The translations under genes were made by a program, and so were the position numbers. A model generated the notes under the pieces. The model was not told the DNA's origin, made no database searches, and saw only the letters and a list, made by a program, of their open reading frames with translations. From Octopus sinensis (taxonomy: Eukaryota): 64,000 bases of DNA. Position 1 is the stretch's first letter; each line of letters opens with the position of its first letter. The stretch is from positions 52,266,001 to 52,330,000 of the forward strand of contig NC_042997.1 in NCBI RefSeq assembly GCF_006345805.1. Direction: 5' to 3'. Positions 1-12,141 of this stretch are shown here, one piece after another.

Positions 1-260
1 CCACTCCGTGAGTGTAGTGGGTGCTTTTTATGTGCCACCTGCACAGGTGCCAGGCAAGGCTGGCAACGGCCACGGTCGGATTGGTGTATTTTATTACGTG
101 CCACCATCTATATCTGTATAGTATTTTGCATATATCTGGGCTTCACTCTCATCTATCTTTTTGGGCAATGTAAGTAGAAACACACAAGAATGTCTGTTCT
201 TTATATCTGCTCATAATGTATATCTATTTGTAATTGTTCATCTTTTTTTTTTTTAACCAG

Positions 261-416
261 GACGGCTCAGTTCGAATTTGGAATACCGTACTCAGCCAGT
301 GTTGTGTTACTCTGAATGGTCATTTACAGTGTGTTACTTGCATCAAATGGGGTGGTGAGAATCTAATATTCTCTTCATCCCAAGATCGTACCATCAAAGT
401 ATGGAATCCAGAAGAT
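261..416 (+). CDS. NLE1: Notchless homolog 1 (WD40 ribosome-biogenesis factor), internal exon
   Basis: Acceptor ttttttttaaccag, donor gtgagt; 156 nt encoding DGSVRIWNTVLSQCCVTLNGHLQCVTCIKWGGENLIFSSSQDRTIKVWNPED, matching the NLE1 segment DGSVRIWD...GHTQSVTCLRWGG.GLLYSASQDRTIKVW; phase 0/0. Confidence 0.95.
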
Positions 417-2224
417 GTGAGTTGGAATTTAAAATTTACTGAATTTTCTTTCTTCTGTATATATCAAGTCTTAATATGATTTCAAATCTACTCTTCTCTT
501 CATCTACTGCACTCATTACACTATTGCTGTTTACTTATCCTATCTCACCTGGCACAAAGCCACCTCTTCCATTACCCCCCTCCTCCTCCCACAGGATCTT
601 TGTCTTGCAAGTAACTTGGTGACTTTGCTGGTGCTTGTGCCATGTAAAGAGCATCCAGTCCACATTGTTAAGTAGTTGGCATTAGGAAGGGCATCCAACT
701 AAAAACAACATGCCAAAGCAGACCTCACCAGTACTCAGTCCATTCTGTAAAGTGCTTGGTGCAGTCCCCTGGCTTGCCAAAGTGTGATGAGTGGGTTAGG
801 GATACCTGAGTGGTAGAGGTATGAGACAGTTCTAGTTAGCCAAGGCTACATAACTAGTACTATGAAGTTCAGAGAGAGGGGAATCTGTCTTTTTGTGATT
901 AAATACCAATCAGTCAAGTGGCCCTTCTTTAAATGCAATCCAGGATGCTTATGTGTGTAGTATCATGGTCTAGCTTTTTGGGGATGAAATATCTTCCAGC
1001 ATCTGAAGGTGCATTCCTGGCTTGCTAAGGATGGGCTTTCACTAGGAGAGATCCTCAGTGGTAGTGAAGCTCAGCATTTTGAATGACTTTAAAAATGCAG
1101 TGTGGATTTAACAAGTAGAAAAATATTGGCAAGTTCTATGTCCATGAAAAAACAACCATGAAATATTTGCTGTTTGGAAAGTGCCACAAACACTTGCAAA
1201 GCTTTAGATGACCTGGGACTTTCATAGAAGACACTTGCCCAAGGTGCTACACAGTGGAACTGAACCCAAAAGCATGTGGTTAAGAAACAAACTTCTTAAC
1301 CACACAGCCACACATTTGTGTGTGCAAAGAAATTAAAGGCTGTAAAAGGACACAGACTGATTTTCCTGAACCAAAGGTTGCAACTGATTTTGCTAACAAT
1401 TTCATATGATGAAGATGTTAATCAAAATTCAAGAAATAAATTGCAGATTTTGTTTATAGTTGCATTGTCTGTTACTAGTTTAGCAAACTGAGATTAATTC
1501 TTACATACTGCTGAACCATAGTGACACAAACAGGATTGAATAGCTGGACAACATTGGACTTGGTATTAAAACAGGCATAATTAGTAATTAAAATTTTGCT
1601 AGTTTGATCAATGCACTTGCGACAACAAAAGCATGAAAGATTCATGTAAAAATTAACCATGAATACAAGAATGTTACTTACCATGATCTAGTTAAGTATA
1701 TGTACAGTTTTGAAAATTAATAAAATTTGTTATATGTAAAGTTAAATATTATTTTATTTGTCTGTTTCTTAGTCTCTATACAGCCCATGTAGCTGACTTC
1801 TTACATATAAAGCAATTTTCCAAACTAAAGATATAACAGACATTCATTTTGCATGTTTGCCTCATTACTTTAGCTATATGACTTTGAGCAACACTGAATG
1901 ACATAAATATCAAGTGGCTTACAAATTATATAAGTATGATTGGTAAGCTAGACTTCATTAGTTCCAGATTTACAACTGTGATATTGTACAATGATATACT
2001 GTGATTTTATATTTAGGCCAGTGTAAAATGGTAATTAATTGTTTATGGTATTGTCATTAAGTGAATAAAGGAAAATAAAATAAATTGTCAGAACATTTCA
2101 AATTTGGTTGTACCAAAACATATAGTAGTCCCTGGCACTGAGGCACTGAGAATCCTTGATGTGCCACAAGGATCACAGTTAGAACATCTTTAATCATACA
2201 CCTGTTGGATGACATCAAATTAAT

Positions 2225-3260
2225 GGGTTGGGCAAAATGTCTGTTTGGTCAGTTAAGCGAAAATAAGACATAAGTTTTAAACACAAAGTGATTTATTCAA
2301 TCATTGATTTAATTATCATTTTGTTCCAGTATTTTCTGCCATCTTGTAGACAGATCCATTATTCTCTGCTCAAAGAATTTCCTGTCTTTACTAGCAAAAA
2401 ACTTTTTTCAGTGAATTATCACACCCTCTTTGGAGTTGATGGTCTGTCCATTCAATGAATTTTGAAGAGACTGAAATGGGTGGAAATTTGAAGGCAGAAG
2501 GTCAAGAAAATATGGAGAGTGTGGTAAAACTTCCCAGCCAAGCCCTAATAATTTCTGCCTCAGAAGTGTGCATTCTGGCATTGCTGTGATGAAAGACAAT
2601 GCTCTTATGATTAGCAAGTGCTGGATGCTTCTGGTTGATTACTGCATTCAGTTTGTCTAGCTGCTTGCAGTACACAATTGATGGTCCTGTCTGTGAGAAG
2701 AAGCTCATACAACCATCCAATCACACCAAATTAAAAGCATAGCCTTCTTCAAGTGAAATCATGCTTTAGAGATTGTTTGTCATGCTTCCCCCATGATCAT
2801 TTGTGCTTCACATTGTTATACACAATCCATTTTTCAGTCCCTGTCACTATTCTCTTCAAAAAAGGATTGTTCTCTTTGCATTTATGCAGCAAATTGCAGA
2901 TGGAAATTCATTGGGTGAGATTAACCTTATTCAATGAGTATGCAGCCCAAATATCCTGCTGACATAACTAAGTTGATGCAGATGGGTTTGAACACTTGAT
3001 TTGGATATTTGAAGAATATCTGCAATCATCCTGGTCTTATAATGGAGGTTAGAGTCAACTAACTCCTTCATTTTGTTGTTGTTAATTTTAGTTGGCCAAC
3101 TAGAATGAGGTGCATCTTGAACTGAAAAATTGCCCAATTGAAATCTTGAAATCTTTTGGCACACATGTTCTGTAACAGCATCCTCTCCGTACACTGGGCA
3201 TATCTTCCTGCAGGTTTCTGCCACTTTCTTGCCCTTTCTGAAATAAAAAGGCCTGAGGGA
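2225..3260 (-). mobile_element. Decayed mariner transposon (SETMAR/Hsmar-like transposase), frameshifted
   Basis: Minus ORF fragments: MAETCRKICPVYGEDAVTE...FQLGNFSVQDAPHS (HTH), IVFHHSNARMH, GWEVLPHSPYFLDLLPSNFH (degenerate WEVLPHPPYSPDLAPSD); TIRs not clearly resolved. Confidence 0.85.
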
Positions 3261-4011
3261 TCGATAATGTTCATTTTGGTGCCACCCTCACTACTACCAC
3301 CATGTTATTTAGTATCACAATATCAGCTAAATATCTACCCACTTCTGTCAACATAAATTTCATAATACCCTTATGTGTCAATGAGAGAGAGAGCCTCTAT
3401 GCAGTCACTCAACCTATTCAGAATAACTACCAAATCTCAATCAAATACATTTTATCAGCTGTTTGCATTAGAACTATATTCCACAATGTACAAGATCATC
3501 ATCACCATCTGATGTCTATGTTCCATGCTGGCATGGGTTGGACAGTTTGACAGGATTTGATGGCTCTGAGGACTGCATTGAGTTCTGGTGTCTTGCTTTG
3601 GTATGGTTTTTACAGTTGGATGCCCTTCATAATGCCCACTATACTGTGTAGTAGATGCTTTTTGTATGCCATCAGCATTAGTGAAGTTGCCAAATAACTC
3701 ACCAGACAGGAAATAAGAAAAGGAGGAAGCCCTTTCAACTATGTTGGGGAAGTATATGAGAGAGTGGAAAAGTGATATTATACCTGGGATAGACAGCGGT
3801 ATCTTGCTGTAGAGAAGACATATGGCTACCTTGCATTTATATAAGAGTGAAGTATCTGGGAAAAGTGAAGATGGTAGTGTTGAGGTGTGGAGCAAAACCC
3901 TCAAAAAGCAAGGGATGAATACATGTTTTTGATCAGGAGTGGGGAGGTAGTTATGAAAATGTGAGTGGGAGGGGGGCATATAGATTGTTAGATGGTATTA
4001 GAAGTCATCAT

Positions 4012-4520
4012 CATCATCGTTTAACATCCGTTTTCCGTGCTAGCACAGGTTGGACGGTTCGACCGGGGTCTGGGAAGCCAGGAGGCTGTACCAGGCTCCA
4101 GTCTGATCTGGCAGTGTTTCTTCAGCTGGATGCCCTTCCTAATGCCAACCACTCTGTGAGTGTAGTGGGTGCTTTTTATGTGCCACCAACACAGGTGCCA
4201 GGGGAGGCTGGCAGCGGTCACGATTGGTTGGTGCTTTTTACATGCCACCGGCACAGAAGCCAGTCAAGGTGGCATTGGCATCGGCCATGTTTGGATGGTG
4301 CTTTTTACATGCCACCGGCACAAGTATGACAACTACAATTTCCATTTGATATTTATTTTGATGTTGATGTACTTGACTCAATAGGTCTCCTCAAGCACGG
4401 CAGGTCATGTGCCACCGGCACAGAAGCCAGTCAAGGCAGTGCTGGCATCGGCCACGTTCGGATGGTGCTTTTTACGTGCCACCAGCACAGGTATCATAAC
4501 TACAATTTCCATTTGAGATT
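4012..4520 (-). mobile_element. RTE LINE 3' UTR fragment with (CAT)n tail and internal tandem units
   Basis: Reverse complement of the 3' end of the RTE copies at 53.7-55.0 kb and 43.2-43.9 kb; similar minus-strand tails at 1-108, 21414-21575, 21645-21798, 25640-26110 and 28168-28640. Confidence 0.85.
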
Positions 4521-7107
4521 TATTTTGTAGTAAATGGTGAACAGAAGTAGAGGTGTGGTTTGATGGGAATATCAAGACACAGTAGTGAGATATGACTTAA
4601 AGCTGATCAGCAAGTCTTAATCTATCACTTTGTTTAACTCCATCGCCACCACCACCACAGTAGCGTCTTGTCTGTTTGCAAGTATTATGACAGGATTTCT
4701 GGTCTGAAGAGAACTTTCTTTTCTTCACACCATTTTAAAAGGTCTTTGAAAAGTACATGGCTGCTGCTCTTCATTTCCTGACTAAAGCATTTAAACCAAA
4801 AGCAACACATTTCCTCCTGTTTGTAAAACATCCTAGTTCAAAAATACCTGTCAATCACATTTCACACTTGAATATCTTCGTTAGAAAGCCATTCAACTGT
4901 ATAAAACGACTTCCTCATAAATTATGCAAATGGCCAAATTTCTAAAACTCTCAAACCCATACAAGCATAAGAAACAGAAATATAACAGAATAAAATAAAA
5001 TATTGCAAAACAATTGAAACTGAATTGAAAAAAAAAAAAGAAAGAAAGAATTTTTGCATTTATCCATGTTAATATTTTGATTTCTGGTTTTAGTCAAATG
5101 ATCTTTAAAAAAAGCATGAATGCCATAAAATCTCATTTGCAGTCTATGCCATATAAATGCAAGGCCTTCTGAATATGTAACAGATAATTATAATAAATAA
5201 TAATTATACACTAGTCAGTTCACATCCCACAGGAGATGTCCTGATAACAAAATGCACAAAAGGAACAAAATTATGATTATTATTTCTTTCCTTTTCTTTT
5301 TTTTTCTCAGATAAAGATTTCTATCTTGGTAAAAGAAAATCTCAATTATTCATACATAGTAATTCCTTTTTCAAAGTTAGGAGATAACATCAATCTTGTC
5401 ATTAGAACAAACAAACAGATTTTATTGTCATTTTTATTAGTTTTAGAATAGTGGACATCTTGTTATTGTTTTCTTTAAAGGAACCGCATCAATGCAAATT
5501 GATTGATTGATTTTTATTTGTGCTATATCTCTTATAAACCAAATAATGGAATAACTTCATTGTATATTGACATCACTTTTTTCAAAAGGAAAGAAATTGT
5601 ATTAATTTCTATGATTCTCCCATTCCCGGTTCTTGTCTATTTTCTGTATTATTACAATTTTTATGTCCATTGATGATGTATATGTGAGTTCCTGCAAAAA
5701 TAAGATAGTTGAAACAATGAGAAGTTAAAGGTGATTGTTACTGCTTCTGCTGTTGATGGTATTTGTGTGTTTGCTGCTGTAGTTTAGTGATTCTCTGACA
5801 GAACTCCGAAGAGGTTTTGTGCACATGAGTACAGACATTGCAACATTTCTTTGTTTGATCCTGCTGTATGGCACCTTGAGCAGTTGTCTTCTGTCATAGC
5901 CTCAGATTTACCAAAACTTTGTGTGTTAAATCAGATGTGTAGAGGCACATCATCATCATCATCATCATAACCACCATCATCATCATCATCTAACATCTGT
6001 GTTTCATGCTGGCTTGGACTGGACAGTTTGACAGGATCTGATGGATTCAAGGACTTCATCATGCTCCAGTGTTGATTTTGGCATGGCTTCTATTGTTGGG
6101 TACCCTTCCTAATGCCAAACACTTTTCAGTGTGTACTGGGTGCTTTTCTCTTGCCTATGAAACCCAAGAGGAGGGACTTTATGCAAGTAGGTGAGGGTTC
6201 AGATATGAAAGAAGGATGTGGGACAGAGCAGGTTCCGGTTGTAAGGGAGTTGCATGGCTGCTTATATTTTGAGAAGTGTAAAAAGCAAAATTAGTAGTAG
6301 CTGCAAAGCGATAAATAGTGGTGATGAGATGTCCAGTTGGTACCTCAAAGTACAAGGCAAGTAGAAGTGAATGGGAACAGAGAAAGTAGGAGTGGGTGGG
6401 GGTGAGGTTTTGCAAGTATATGGGGGTTGCAAGGAAAGTGAGGAGAGTGGATGTTGACAACATCTATAAGGATTGGGTAGGGTTGAAGGGTTGATGCAGA
6501 GTTGGGGATTGTCAATGGAGGAGGGATGCAAGATGAGAGTAATAAGATAGTAATGATGATACAGTTGACATGGGAAGGACAAGAGAGAAAGAGTCAAACA
6601 TAGTGTATGGGGATAGAATCTGGTGGTCCAGTGTGGAGATGGAGGGAATCATTTTAATGTGTAGAAGTAGAGAACAGTATTTATGAATAAAAAAAGTGTA
6701 GCAAGAGGTGGGGGCAGCCAATGTGGGAAAGATGTGGTGGGAATATGGGAAGGAGATGATAAGATGGTATCCATTTGTGCACATATATGTGGTTGTATGT
6801 CTGTGTGAATGAGTGTATGTGTGTTCCTATTTCTTTGTCTTTACATGGTATATTCATTGTAAAGAACTTCACTATCATAAATGGTGTCATTCAATTACAA
6901 TTTTGTGCAAGAACATATCTAGCCATTGTGTTGTTTATGTTCAAAGAACTTGAGGAAATATTACCTGACAGGGAAACAAGTGAAGGTTGGTAACAGAAAA
7001 AGCATCTGGCCATAGAATATTTGCCTCAATGAATTTCATCTAACCCAAGCTAGCATGGAAAAGTGAACAAGAAAATGATAGTGATGTTGTTGATGATTAG
7101 GATGTGT

Positions 7108-7144
<37 letters not shown>

Positions 7145-7194
7145 GCCATTGTAATACAAGTACAAATTCTTCTGGAATGATAACTGTTTATTTA

Positions 7195-7440
7195 TAAAGT
7201 GTAGGCAAACTGGTAACAGAGAAATTGATAGATAATGTCATCAAAGTGTCCACAATATGTGACAGAAGAATTAAATTTAGACTGTTTGTAGGTAAAGCCA
7301 CAATCATTATCTCCACATGTATTGAAATCTGGACTATCTGTTGAGCAAAAAGACTGTTGTTAAGAGGGTCTATTATAAACTGCCTCAAAAATAAATTACA
7401 ATGACATCATTTGTTTGGCCTGGTAACTTCAGAGGAAGAC
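7195..7440 (+). pseudogene. Decayed RTE apurinic-like endonuclease fragment
   Basis: GKLVTEKLIDNVIKVSTICDRRIKFRLFVGKATIIIS resembles the RTE EN segment V.RVSDRII.LRLV.G...I.IIS, followed by a degenerate GDFN-like region. Confidence 0.6.
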
Positions 7441-7613
7441 ATGGGCAGAAGTGGTAAAAGCTTATCTGAGGATGCTGAACCTCACATAAGAGATAGCAAA
7501 CAAAAGCAACATATGGTGAGACACTGTGTTGGAAAGAACTTCTACAACTCAAGCAAGCATAGAAAAGTAACTGTAAAATAGATGATGATCATACATATTC
7601 ACAAGGACATGCG

Positions 7614-7650
<37 letters not shown>

Positions 7651-9157
7651 TTAATAACAAATGTACCATAAATCAGGGTTATAATAATGAACATACTTTG
7701 TGTCCTGAGTAACATGGAGTTATACTGAAATGTAAACATATTGTTAATATATTTTCCCATTATTGACCCTTAACTGTGAAATTAAATTTCATGATTATTC
7801 CAGTAATGATGTTAAATATATACCGAAGAATATAATTAGTATTTTCTGCAGGTTATGTTGCCTCAATAAACTTGATATATCTCACGAGAGAATAGTTCCA
7901 AACATGACATTTCTCAACAAAAGATAGAATGGTATACAAAACTGCTTCTTGCAGTTAAGGATAACGAAAATTTGGAGCAGATATATCTGATTTCTGCAGT
8001 AAAAGGGTTAATGTTGTGTCTAAGGGAATAAACTGTTGTCATTTCATTGAGTATTTGAGCTCAACACTTAATTTTTCATTGTAGTAAATTATGTATCTTT
8101 ATGTTCTATGTTTTAAACATCTTCAAGACCAACTTTTGTCTTTTATCTTGCCTTCAGTTGTCAATAAAATATATGTAGCAGTAATTTATTGAGTTTGATT
8201 CAATTGCCTATCATCTTTTCCTAGAAATTGGCACCCAGTTTATCACTTGTTAAAAATCATTACTGGACAAGATTTTATGGTGCTCTGTTGATTAGACTTA
8301 TGATCAAAAGTATTCCAACCATGTACATCGTATATTATTTTTTATATTTTTGAAACTGTATTTAGAACTACCTTATCCAATGTGTACTTTGCTTTTAAGA
8401 TGTTAGGGTGTAGTTTGAGGGATTTATCCATTATTTCTAGCAGATCAAGCAACCTCTTAGAGCTACTTTTGTTTGGGAGGATGTGAATCGTGATGGCTGA
8501 GATAGAAAGTGCATTGATATTTAGTCCACTACATGTACTTTACCTTACTTCAAGCCTTGATACAATTACTCTAATCTTTTATTCTTTTAATGTTAATAAA
8601 TCTATATACTAGTAATACAAGGGAAAAAATCAAAAGAAATCATTGTTATTAACATACGGCTGATGAATAAAATATTTAACCCTAGATCAGCTTTAATCAA
8701 GCAGTCTTTGATGAAAGGCATTTGAGCTGTGATTATTCTTCTTTTCTCTCTGGCATTTTGGGCCTCATTATCCAATGTGTTCCTTGTTGGCTACTTGACT
8801 CTATATTACCAATAATCTCTAAGTTTACAACTTGGTTCAGGTTCCCAGAAATTGTGTCCCAAACACATTGTCCAAGTCTTTTGGAAGAGCATGACTTTCA
8901 TCATGTATCTCTTTATCCCTTCTTATATAGAATCATCACCATCATCATCATCATCTTCTTCATCACTACTGTAACATGCTGAGCAAACTACCTAACACAA
9001 TTTAAGTGCATCTTCTTTATGTGCCTCAAGTTTATGTGTACTTCTCATCTCTCAAGGCTTGTACCATTTATTTATTGGTGTCAGTTCAATAGAATATATA
9101 CCTCTCTACAAATTTATGGTTTTGTACTAAAGTTAGAATTATTGTTATCATTATTAT

Positions 9158-10300
9158 GTAAGCTATGGACGCATAAGAGGAGCAGCAATGTCAGAGGAAG
9201 GTTAAGAGGGAAAATAGTTTTGTGTGTGGAAGATGCGCAGGTACAATAAACACTGAAAATGTACAGAAATAGACTCCATCAACTGACAGTGGGGTAAGCT
9301 AGAGGTACTAGATAGCTTCCGTTATCTGGGTGACCAAGTTAATATTAGAGGTTGATGCGCCAAGATCAAAGCTATGAGAATAAGAATAGGCTGGGCAAAG
9401 TTCAGAGAGCTCCTACATCTGATGGCAACAAAGGGCCTCTACTTCAGAGTGAAAGGCAAATTGTATGATGCCTGTGTTCAAATAGCTATGCTATACGGCA
9501 GTGAAACTTGGGTTGTGACTGCCAAGGAAATGCATAGGCTTGAAAGAAATGAAGCTAGTATGCTTCGCTGGATGTGCAATGTCAGTGTGCATGTATAACA
9601 AAGTGTAAACATCTTGAGAGAAAAGTTGGGCATAAGAGGCATCAGATGTGGTGTGCAAGAGAGATGATTGCGCTGGTATAGTCATGTGATGTGGATGGAC
9701 AAGGACAGCTGTGTAAAGAAGTACTGATCTCTAACATGGGACGAGGTTGTGAAGCATGATCTTCAAACTTTGGGCCTCAGGGAGGCAGTGACTAGTGACT
9801 GAAACCTTTGATAATATGCTGTGTGTGAAAAAACCCTTCAAGCTAAGTGAAATCGTGGTCATAGCTGGTTCTGGTGTTATGTAACTGGCACCTGGGCTGC
9901 TGGCATATAAAAGGCACCTTTTGAGCATTGAGCCTCGCAGAGACAAGGTGGCTGATGCCGGTAGCACATAAAAAGCACATTTTGAGTGTTGGGCCTCACA
10001 GAAGCAATGATGAACAACCGAGATCTTTGGCACTATGCCATGCTTGAGAAGACCCATCAAACCAAGTAAAATCATAGTTGTAGAAGATATTGATGTCAAG
10101 CAAATGGAACCCGTGCCAGTGGCACATAAAAGCACTCATTACACTCTTGGAGTGGTTGGTGTGAGGAAGGGCATCCAGCCATAGAAACCATGTCAAATCA
10201 GACTGGAGTCTGGTGCAGCCTTCCAGCTAGCCAGCCCTAGTCAAACCATCCAACCTATGCCAGTATGGACAACAGACGTTAAATGATAATGATGATGAAG
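9158..10300 (+). mobile_element. 5'-truncated RTE-clade LINE (RT C-terminus plus 3' UTR)
   Basis: CKLWTHKR...; RIRIGWAKFRELL..LYDACVQIAMLYGSETW..RLERNEASMLRWMCNVSV; ends in an (ATG)n tail. Confidence 0.92.
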
Positions 10301-10559
10301 ATGCAATGAACTGGTAGAATTGTTAGCACATTGGACAAAATGCTTAGTGACATGTCTTATGGCTCTTTATGTTCTGAGTTCAAATCTTGCCAAGATCATC
10401 TTTACCTTTCATTCTTTCAGGATCAATAAAATAAAGTACCAGTTAAGTACTGGAGTCAGTGGAACTGGTTATCCATCACACCACTAAAAGTTTTTGCCAT
10501 TGTTGTTTGACTTCACTGAGGATTACTCTTATTCCTCATAGAATATAGGTGGCTTGTTA

Positions 10560-11215
10560 CTACCTGTAAGCTCAGATACCCACGTGATTTCAATAAGCCA
10601 TCAAGTGCTCAAAACTCTTCTGATGACTTTTCCTGTTCCTAAGAGGCAAACCTTCTGAAGAAGCTCTACAGAACATTCCATTCCAATCTCTTTTATCCAT
10701 TTGTGTATTTTATCACTCACAGTCCCTAATGCACCAATTACCACAGATGCAACCTTTACAAGAGCTCATATTCCAAATTCTCGCAAACTCCAATTTTAAG
10801 GGGGTTGTATGTTTTCAACTTTGTATTTGCTTTCTTCACAATCCTATTATCAAATGGACATGATGGATCAGTCAGTAAGCAAATTCAATTTTCCTTGTCT
10901 CTTACTGTAATATCTGGCTTATGTTCTACCTTCTTATCCATTTGAATGGGGAAATCCTGCAAAATCTTACAAGTTTCTAACTCAAGCACTCTTTCTACCT
11001 GATGATTGTCCCATGTACTTCCTGCTTCAAACACCCATTTCTGATAAAGCGTCCAGTGTAAAATGTTCACAATTTGATCATGTCACCAATTCTTATATTC
11101 TGCCTTGGGACATTCTGCAACAGTGTATACCATTGTTTCATCCCAGATTTCACATACACTAACACCTTTTGCTAACACCTTTTCCCCATGCATATATTTT
11201 CTCGAGTTGTTTGTT
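10560..11215 (-). mobile_element. RLE-type non-LTR retrotransposon 3' fragment (R4/Dong-like)
   Basis: Degenerate CCHC (ETMVYTVAECP..HDQIVNILHW), then KILQDFPIQMDKKVEHKPDI and DPSCPFD..IGALGTV..LLQKVCLLGTGKVIRRVL: PD..D..K restriction-like endonuclease. Confidence 0.8.
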
Positions 11216-12099
11216 TGCAATCATCATCATCATCATCATGAAGGTGCTGGACAAAATGCTTAGTGGTACTTTGTCCATCTTTGCATTCTGAGTTCAGATT
11301 CTACTGAGGTCGACTTTGCTTTTCATCCTTTTGGGATCAATAAAATAAGTACTAGTTGAGAACTGGGGTTGATGTAATTGACTTGCCCCACTCCCCCAAA
11401 CTTGCTGGCTTTATACCAGAATTTGAAACCATTGTTGTTGTTGCTGTTGTTGTTGTTGTTGTTATTATTATTATTATTATTATCAAAACATTGAGGTAGT
11501 GGTGGTAACTTTCACAGCAGCAGTAGTGGTAGTAGTGGTCCTTCTACTGGTGGCGGTGGTAGTGGTGACGATGGTGGGGCTGTAAGAGGTGATAATTCAT
11601 ACAGAGCTGTTTTGAAAGCTGTGGAGATTCGTTTGATGTGTATAAAATGTATTGATCACTCTATACATTTACTACTGACTGTGTTAGCTATGTGCTGGCA
11701 TATCGATCTATTAATTTGAACTATAGGAAGATAATATTGATCACTTGGTTTATTGCTATCTTGACTGTGACCAAGTAATTATAATAACTTTTTGATGTTT
11801 GAATCCCTCGATTGTGATTGAGAGATGTATTGACCTCATTATATTCTACCTGTTAGATCTTGTAGGAAGTTCTTTGTTAGATTTTTATTTTACGTTGCAT
11901 TGGCTTCTGAGTTGTAAAACTTGCATTTCATCTGAGGAATTAATGAAAAGTATGAATTTTCCATAGGAAATTAATTCTAGTTGCGTATACAATTCATTAT
12001 TCCATTCACAGACTGCAAAGAACTTTTTAGAACACATTGTGCTGCAGCTTATGCTTCTGGAACTGACTATTTCTTTCAAAGTGGTTTACAGTAGCTTAA

Positions 12100-12141
<42 letters not shown>

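Noticed and set aside
1405-1492. C box (ATGATGA) and D box (CTGA) about 85 nt apart in an NLE1 intron
   Set aside because: Terminal stem is weak and the guide does not give a convincing rRNA complement from memory; a snoscan run would be needed.
4190-4490. Regularly spaced repeats resembling a CRISPR array
   Set aside because: Units are the tandem hairpin array of the RTE 3' UTR in a eukaryotic intron; spacers are homologous to each other and there are no cas genes.
7215-7345. Cys/Asp-rich minus ORF DSPDFNTCGDNDCGF... after a good acceptor
   Set aside because: The plus strand is a decayed RTE endonuclease; this is its antisense shadow.
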